Below are positions 55,471 through 64,000 of a stretch of DNA of 64,000 bases, in pieces. Source of the DNA: Octopus vulgaris (taxonomy: Eukaryota); the NCBI GenBank assembly GCA_951406725.2, contig OX597833.1, forward strand, positions 32,364,001 through 32,428,000, in the 5' to 3' direction. A program made the translations under genes and the position numbers. Numbering within the stretch: position 1 is the first letter of the stretch; each line of letters opens with the position of its first letter. The notes under the pieces are model-generated. The model saw only the letters and a list, made by a program, of their open reading frames with translations, was not told where the DNA came from and made no database searches.

Positions 55471-56079
55471 TCACTCTCTTAACCGCAGGGAAAATGAGTG
55501 AAAGGATAGAGACAGGGAAGGAAAGCCTCAGTAATTTGAAATGACAATTACACTGAAATACGATCGACCTTTTCTAGCTTCTTTACTTTTGAGAATAAAG
55601 AAGAGGGAAGGAGATTTAGTAATGAATAAAGGGTAAATCTTTCAGGTGTTTAGGTTTTCATTCCGAGAGTTCTAGAAGGATCGAGTGTTAGTTCTCTCTT
55701 CTTTCCCCCAAGCCCGGTACTAATTCACCTTGTTTGATAATTCTTCTTGTGTTATAGTTGGGGGGAAAGATCATGTCTTTTTTCTTCAGGCACGTTAACG
55801 TTTTCTCTACAAACTACAAACAATCCCACTTCCCATTCCCTCTTTTCTTTTCATACAAAAGCTAATGCAAATTTCGAACAGGGTACAGCTGAGAAAAGAG
55901 CCCAGAAAAACGGGTAATACCTCTACAAAATGGGTTGGGGAGAAAAGTTACCAACAGGTGGCTACACGAAATTCTACTCTATACTTTATAGAGTGTCTTC
56001 TACTATAGCCTCGGGCCGACCAAAGCCTTTTGAGTGGATTTCGTACATAGAAATTGAAAGAAGACGGTCGTATATATGC

Positions 56080-56143
<64 letters not shown>

Positions 56144-56189
56144 CTTTATTGCCCACAAGGGGCTAAACATAGAGAGGACAACCAAGGAC

Positions 56190-56918
56190 AGACAAAGGGA
56201 TTAAGTCGATTACATCGACCCCAGTGCGAAACTGGTACTTAATTTATCGACCCCGAAAGGATGAAAGGCAAAGTCGACCTCGGCGGAATTTGAACTCAGA
56301 ACGTAACGACAGACGAAATACCACTAAGCATTCCGCCCGGCGCGCTAACGTGTCTGCCAGCTAACGTGTCTGCCATATATATATATATATGTATGTATGT
56401 GTGTGTGTGTGTGTGTGTGTGCGCGTGCGTGTGCGTTTGTGTCTCTCTTTGTCCTCACCTCGCTTGACAACCGATATTGGTGTGTTTGCGTCCCCATAGT
56501 TTAGAGGTTCGGCAGAAGAGTGTTATAAAATAAGCACTAGGCTTACAGGGTATAAGTCCAGGGGTCGATTTCTTCGACTAAAGATCGGTGCTCCAGCATG
56601 GTCACCATCAAATTACTGAAACAAGTAAATCAATAAAAGAATACCAGAAGAAGGTTCCGTTCCACTAAACCAAGAAGGTTTTTTTGAATATGAACGATAT
56701 ATCTTAAGGTTAAATAGAAATTCTGTTTACGTATGCGTAACTGAGATATTTTAGTTGAATTATATAGTTATAGGTTTTACACTTATTTCTATATTCTATA
56801 AGTGTCACAATATAGGAACATTTCTCATGGCACCAGCACAAAATTTACAGATGCTAACGTTTTTTGTTCTTTCCGTGAAGATTTCACGGGTCCAACTAGT
56901 ATTATAATAATAATAATG

Positions 56919-57015
<97 letters not shown>

Positions 57016-57590
57016 TAACAACATTAATAATAATAACATTAATAATAATAATAATAATTACGCAGAACACTTTCCATACAATAACCATCAGAGCATCACA
57101 ACAAATCACAGCACATACCCAAGGCACACAGAGCTGCGCTCGGTAGTGAAGTGAAAGCACGCTAAAAAAATAAAACTACTGAATAATAATAATAATAATA
57201 ATAATAATCCTTTCTACTAAAGTACAAGGCCTGAAATTTTGGGAGAGGGGACCTGTCGATTACATCGACCCCAGTATTTCACTGGTACTTAATTTATCGA
57301 CCCCGACAGGATGAAAGGCAAAGTCGACGTCGACTGAATTTGAACTCAGAACGCTGCGACGTGTGAAATACCACTAAATATTTCGTCCAGTGTGTTAGCA
57401 ATTCTCCCAGCTCGCCGCCTTAACAACAATAATAATAATCCTTTCTACTATAGGCACAACGCCTGAAATTTGGGGGAGGGGTTTAGTCAATAACATCGAC
57501 CCCAGTGTTTCACTGGTACTTAATTTATCGACCCCGAAAGGGTGAAAGTCAACCTCGGTGGCATTTGAACTCAGAACGTAGCAGCGGGCG
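56190..57590 (-). mobile_element. Cluster of SINE copies, plus a short R4-type 3' tail (57060-57180) in (AAT)n
   Basis: Repeated ctggtacttaatttatcgaccccgaaaggatgaaaggcaaagtcgacc. 57060-57180 matches 53470-53600. Confidence 0.7.
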
Positions 57591-58539
57591 AGCAACAACA
57601 ATAATAATAACAGCAATATGTGGTACTAAAAATAATAAGTTCAAACTTACATAAGATGAGTTCCTGAACAGAAAACAAAGTAAATGTGTTTATTATATTT
57701 CAATATTTTGTGGCAGTTATAATCAAATTTTGTGCTACATTGCTTTAACAGATGACAATCAGAGGATAAATTCTCATTAAATAAATCTCTCTTTGCAACT
57801 TTTAAAACAATCTCTTTGCTTCATTTTATCGCATTGATAAGTACCGTCATTATATATGTGTATATGCTGAGGTGTTAACATTTCCCGTGTCTGTATAATA
57901 TATATACATGTGTATGTGTGTGTGTGTGTGTGTGAGTGTGTGTGTATGTGTAGAGGTAAGATCCAAAGATTAAGGTGTAGGAAGTTGGTAAGCTTCGAGC
58001 AGTCCGTAGAATGTATAAAAAACAACTTTCAGGAATAATAGTGGTTTATTGACGAAGAAAATGGTTAATTTTCTAAAAAAGTTATTTTATAGTTGATGGT
58101 TACCAACTGGAGTTGCTGTATATCCGAATAAAAATCCAAACTAAGGGAATGGAGTAAATAAAATCCAGTCTGCATATGTTTCATAGCTAGCAAAACCTCG
58201 GAAGTAATTACTTAAACGAAGGGTAATCCGCTCGCTACTCACCTGGCCAAAGATACCTTAGTTAATTGAATGTTACATTGTCGTCATGGGATTGCATGTT
58301 AACTTGCAGCAGATTTGATCGGAAATGTGGGGAAAGCACCGAGTGAGAAGAAATAATATATGGGAGTGGGTGAATGTCTAGATTTGAAAAGGAAAAGAAC
58401 AAGTGAGGGAATAGCGGGGGCGGATTTGATATTATTGAAGCTGGTCTGGGGAATATCTTTGTGAATTTAGGCTGGGGTAATCTACTATGTCTACTGTAGA
58501 ATAAATAAATGAATGTATTGTATATATGTATGAATGTCA

Positions 58540-60170
58540 TTATTCAGTATCATTTTAAGATTTCTTACCAATAGAGAAAGATTCGGTTTCTAACGTAGAT
58601 CCAAGGCTCCTTCATTGGAATTTGAACATCAACAACAAGGTATTTTTGTGTTTATATACGTGCAGATTTGTATGTTTTCCTTTACGTATGACATCTCATG
58701 CATTTATTAGCATATCTAGACATGCTCATATATACTTAAATTATAATTTCTGGAAAGTTTTACAGAATTTTACAGTTCCAGTGATGGTTTTGAGAAGCCT
58801 AATTTCTCAAGATTGGACTACAGCATTCTCAGTAGTTCAGCGTAGGTATTCTTGTTTTCACCGATCTTCAGCCTTATGCTAACATCCGCCGGGCAGCTGA
58901 TTTCTACAACTGTACACAGTTTCTCTTTATCCCAAATCATTATATCAGGTTTATTGCTTACATTATATTGACGTTTTCACTGGGACATTCCACCAGCACT
59001 CCCTTTTATTATGAGTGCCTATGGCGTCCGCCATACTGTGGGTTCTTTATTTTTTTGTCCTCGGGATTATCCTTTCGACGGACCTCGTTATACAGTGACC
59101 TAGCTACAACACCATGTCTCATTGATAGATAATAAACAATTTTGGCTGCTGCTTATGATGTTGGTGATATCTCCGGTGTTGAATCTGCAAAGTCTACATC
59201 GGTTGTCACATTTTACTGCTTTTACTGCCTCTCTGTTTCTTTTGGTTGATATTCTTGTTCCTGGATTGCAAACGCATACCCTTCAATGTGGGAGATAGTA
59301 ATCCGGCTGTTGGTGCATGATAGACTGTTTTGATGATCAATGTTACCATCAACTCTGAGCTTTCTACTAACATATCTACACATATATGCTCATCCTTTCA
59401 TCTGATGATATGTTGCGGTTGAGTCTTGCGACTTATTTGGACATGTATTGTAGGTTGTCAGGCAAGGAATGCTGCTCAAGGAGCTGCCTTCCAAGTCTTA
59501 TGATGTTATCAGCCTCATGTATGCAAACTTAGTGAAGGGATGCACTTCGACATTTAGCGGTTAAAAGATGTTGCCGAAGGGATGTGATACGGTATTCAAG
59601 GAATTTTAGATTGATGTCAAGCTTCTGCCGCCTTGTTTTCGTTTTAGGTAGAGGCAGTCTGCGTTCCTGTTAATGTGGAAATTGTGTGTGCTTGTTAGTA
59701 TTTTCCGGGTTTCCACATCAATGGTTCGGATCTCATCAAGCGTCCAACCAAGCAGCCCAAATGTTGGTAAGAGTACTGGCACTGCAAACACATTGTGGGC
59801 TACTGTTTTATTGAAAGCATAGAGTTCTGAGGTCCAAATTTTCTTTATTCGGCTGTAATATTCTTTAGTGACACGCGTTTTGTTTCAGATTCCATTGTAA
59901 GATATGTTTTCATCCACCCCTAGATACCCGCAACATTCCTCATCAGATATAGCGGAAACAATCAAGTTGTTGATGGAGATGCTGCTTGTCTGATGTACAG
60001 TTTCTTCCTTTTCCCAACCATACAACAACATTTATTCTGACTAAACTCAAACCCTATCTCCTTTGAGAATGTTGTGACCAGGCCAAGGCTCTTTTTCATC
60101 CCATGCATATTCTTACATAAAGTTTCAAGTGTGTAATTTTGATATTTCTGTTTCCTAAGCATGTATGTCA
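58540..60170 (-). mobile_element. Degraded R4-like RLE retrotransposon, second family
   Basis: Minus-strand remnants FAVPVLLPTFG, LYLKRKQGGR, FAIQEQE, CRLC, KPDIMIWD. Confidence 0.8.
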
Positions 60171-61340
60171 TACTTCAGTTTGTTTCAAGATTTCTTACCA
60201 ATAGAGAAAGAATCGGTTTCTAACCTAGATCCAAGGCTCCTTCATTGGAGTTTCAACATCAACAACAAGGTATTTTTGTATGTATTTATGTATGTATTTA
60301 TGTATGTATGTATGTATGTTGTGCAGATTTGTATGTTTTATGTATGCATTTGCATGCATATAGTTGCATATCTAGGCATGATCATATATACTTAAATGAT
60401 AAACTTCTGGAAAGTTTTACAGTTCCAGTGATGGATTGGATCTGTAGTCTTCGAATTAGCTCCCTCCTTTCTGGTTTTGAGAAGGTTAATTTCACAAGAT
60501 TGGTATTTAGGCAGTGTGTTACATATCTCAGGGCCCCAATTATTACAGGTATAAACCTGAACTTGTAGTCCGGATAGAGTAACTGCAGATTTCTCAATAG
60601 TTCAACATAGGTGTTCTCTTACTGGTCTTCAGCTTTATGTTAACATCCGCTGAGCAGCTAATTTCTACAAATGTGCACAGTTTCTTTTCTCCATCCCAAA
60701 TCATTATATCAAGTCTGTTGTGCTTACATTTTATTGAGGTCTTCACCAGTATATTCCACCAGCATTCCTTATTATTATGAGTGGCTATGGATTCTACTAT
60801 ATCGTGGGTTCTTATTTTTTGTTCTCAGGATTATCCTTCCGACAGATTTCATTATAGAGTCTCCTAGCTAGAATATCATATCTCATCGGTAGATCGTGGT
60901 GACATTTTCGGACAACTGCTTATGATGTGTGTGATATCTTCAGTGTGAACTCCACAAAGTCTGCATCGGCTGTCACATTTAATGGCTTTCCTTGCATCTC
61001 TATTCCTTTTGTGCACCAAGTACTTGGTTGATATTTCCTGTTCCTGGATTGCAAACACATACTCTTCAATGTGGGAGGTTCTCATCCGGGAGGTCCATGA
61101 TAAATTGCTTTGATATTCAATGTTACTATCATCACGGAGCTTTCTGCTGACATATCCAGGCATAGTCTTCTGCTCATATAGGCGCATTCTTTCATCTGAA
61201 GATACGTTGTGGTAGAGTCGTGTGACTTCTTTGGGTATGTATTCTAGGTTATCATACAAAGAGTGTTGCTCAAGGAGCTGCTTTCCAAATCTTATGATGT
61301 TATCGACCTCATGTATGCAAACTCGGTCAAGGGACACACT
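60170..61340 (-). mobile_element. Second 5'-truncated copy of the same R4-like family
   Basis: FAIQEQEISTKYL, CRLCGVHTEDITHIISSCPK, LRNLQLLYPDYKF.FIPVIIGAL. Shares its 3' UTR with the 58555-58640 region. The 5' end abuts (TATG)n. Confidence 0.85.
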
Positions 61341-61397
61341 ATGTATGTATGTATATGTATGCATGTATGCATGTATGTATGTATGTATGTATGTATG

Positions 61398-61433
<36 letters not shown>

Positions 61434-61903
61434 TGCATGTAGGTATGTGTGTATGTATGTATGCGTGAAGGAACGTGGCTCACTGGTTAGGGTGCTGAGG
61501 TCACGGTCTATATTTCTGGACACGAGTTTGGAACCATGGTATGGATACAATAATTGCTTATTAAACACACATACACACAAACACACACACATACAGACAC
61601 ACACAGACACAAACAGACAGACCCCCCCACATACACGCATATAAATTCGCTTATATATAGACTTTCACTGTTACTAAAGAAATAACGAAAACATAAATAA
61701 AAAAAGAACTATATACATAAATACAAACACTACTAAAAAATATGAGAAAGGTGACTGTGTCTGAGCAGTATTTCCATTAATTAAACACGGTTTAAATCGT
61801 TCCTCACCATATTTATGTATTTTAAAGTAATTGATTAGTAGATTAATCACGTAAATTTTATTTTTTATCACTGCTTCATTCCGTCTCTTTTTCTCTCTCT
61901 CAC

Positions 61904-61975
<72 letters not shown>

Positions 61976-62031
61976 TGTACGTGCGTCCTTATATATGTAT
62001 TCTGGTAAATCTCTCTCTTTCTCTCTCTGTA

Positions 62032-62067
<36 letters not shown>

Positions 62068-62072
62068 GTATA

Positions 62073-62122
<50 letters not shown>

Positions 62123-62298
62123 TAATATGTAATATATATATATATACATGTATGTATGTATGTATATTGGATACATATATTAAATATATGCTTTAGCATT
62201 TGTATATAAATGCAGGCTCATGAACAAACTGGTATGATATCTGTATGTTACTTTGTATGTCTATTTGGCGCTTTCTTTCATTCTCTTTCTCTAACGCA

Positions 62299-62355
<57 letters not shown>

Positions 62356-62785
62356 GCATATACATGTGTGTGTAGAATATATTTCTTGGTTGCTTTCCTG
62401 GAGTTGCTCATTTTGCACATTCCACTTAAACACGCGGTAGAAAATGTGCTGTCAAGCTTAGGCATAGAACATTATATTAGGAAAAATAGACACTCAGAAG
62501 TCGCAAGAAACAAGAAGGAAGATTCGTTGTTGAAGAAGAAGGAGGAGGAGGAAGGGGAGGAAAAGGAAGGAGGAGGCGGAGGAGAATAAGAATAAGAAAG
62601 AGGAGAGGAAGAAAACAAATAAAGGAACAAAGAATAGAAAGCGAACTTACTTTAAATGAAGAAGTAATGAAAGGAAGAAAGGCTATCAGGAATACTCGAT
62701 GAAAAAAACAACAAAATAAAAAGAAATTAGCCATACAATATCTATTTTGCTAAAGTATTTTTTTAAAGAAAAAGAAAAGAATAGG

Positions 62786-62903
62786 ATGGTGTGGTTTCGA
62801 GGAAAGTTAAGTTTGATCCTTTGTAGCCTGCAAGGTACCTTCATAGCGATCTATGCATTGTATATGGAACACACAGATGTCGAAAGTGAATTTTCCTATG
62901 CAG
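62786..62903 (+). CDS. Rh-family (Amt/Mep/Rh) ammonium transporter, coding exon 1 (MVWFRGKLSLILCSLQGTFIAIYALYMEHTDVESEFSYA)
   Basis: ATG at 62786, a TM1-like hydrophobic stretch, and donor CAG|gtaagc in phase 1 matching the next exon. Resembles the Rh N-terminus (RGK...LQ..FI). Confidence 0.85.
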
Positions 62904-63274
62904 GTAAGCTGAATGAACTATTCGCAATATGTACCTGTTAATTTATGACCTACTCCTATCTCATTGATTTTTCTTCCCCAAAATACAAGGCCTCATATAA
63001 CTTAGTCAACCCCACCCCTCTTCACATTAAAGTCCGTTGGAAAGTCATGAACGCCACAACTTCCTATTCTGCTGCTGATTTATGTCATTGGGCATGCTGG
63101 GGAATAGCCTTCATTAATATGAATCCCACTGTTTGTCGAAAGGCAATTTATCTTGTGGTATTGTGGTATTGACTCCTCTTTTGGAGTCAATAACAAGAAA
63201 TTTAGACGGATATAGTCACTCACATCTACATCTATGGATGTACCTCTCTCTCCCTCCCTCCCTCACTTGGTATG

Positions 63275-63350
<76 letters not shown>

Positions 63351-63661
63351 CCACCGGAGGGAGAACTTCTGCCGACATATTTCAATCTGAAAGTAATGGT
63401 CAGGGTGAGATTAAAACATTCTCTAAGCTGTAGCACATTAGTATCGTAATCAAAGAACGAGCTTCTTAACCATGCAATCACCACTATCTCCAGTTTTTCA
63501 TAAAATGTCGGTCATTGCATCTTAGAACAAAGTTTAAAAAAATCGAGGACAGTTATATCTTAATGTATTTTTAAAATTAAACATCAGTTATGAAATTGTC
63601 AGAAGAAAAACAAATATTAAAACTCAGACTGATTGTATTTTTGTTGTTGTTTTCCTGACAG

Positions 63662-63854
63662 TTTTTCAAGATGTCCAAGGACTGCTTTATTTGGGTATCG
63701 GTTTCTTGCTGACTTTTCTGAAGCGACATGCCTTTTCCGGGATCAGCTTTAACTTACTCGCAACTGCCCTAGGTGTCCAATGGGCCTGGATTGTTCAAGG
63801 GTTCGTTGGTCCCGAAGGCGTAGTTAGTAATAAAATTAAGATGGATTACTCTAC
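63662..63854 (+). CDS. Rh-family ammonium transporter, coding exon 2 (FQDVQGLLYLGIGFLLTFLKRHAFSGISFNLLATALGVQWAWIVQGF...)
   Basis: Close to the Rh signature FQDVHVMIF.GFGFLMTFLKRYGFS...FN....QW. Acceptor cctgacag|, donor |gtaagt. Not in the ORF track. Confidence 0.92.
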
Positions 63855-64000
63855 GTAAGTTATTTTTATATATTTTCGAAGTTGAAAATCTATCAAAAGC
63901 TCTTTTTTGGCCTGGTATCCTCGGCAACACTTTGACTACGTACCCAGGCAATGTCTTTGTTGGGATCCATGCTATATCCCCGCTAAATACCCAGTTATTA

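Noticed and set aside
57640-58260. Possible 5'-UTR exons of the protease (minus-strand donor-like sites near 57650 and 58242)
   Set aside because: Splice-like motifs alone are not sufficient without transcript data.
63769-63951. Minus-strand 60-aa ORF
   Set aside because: Antisense to the real Rh exon 2.

Overview
AT-rich, microsatellite-dense eukaryotic (metazoan) DNA. The SINEs and microsatellite load suggest a mollusc, probably an octopod cephalopod; this is an inference and was not tested. Two spliced host genes can be reconstructed by hand, mostly outside the ORF track. (1) A secreted trypsin-family (S1A) serine protease on the minus strand, with 6 phase-consistent exons from 43755 down to 1157 and the last exon outside the window. 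(2) The first two coding exons of an Rh-family ammonium transporter on the plus strand (62786-63854). Almost everything else is mobile DNA: R4/Dong-type RLE retrotransposons stacked in (AAT)n tracts, a second R4-like family associated with (CATA)n, L1/Tx1-like pieces (one ORF1 carries a 1.7-kb 21-bp minisatellite), an RTE-type LINE with a clean 8-bp TSD, a Tc1/mariner relic, a TTAGGG-containing MITE, tRNA-derived SINEs and Penelope-like elements (PLEs). The most striking structure is a ~9.5-kb fold-back (about 31970-41530) inside the first coding intron of the protease. It contains nested palindromes inserted in (TA)n tracts, and one of them carries two mirror-image type I hammerhead ribozyme motifs. 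A second hammerhead pair lies at 45.5-46.0 kb. Mobile-element boundaries are approximate unless a TSD or TIR is quoted.
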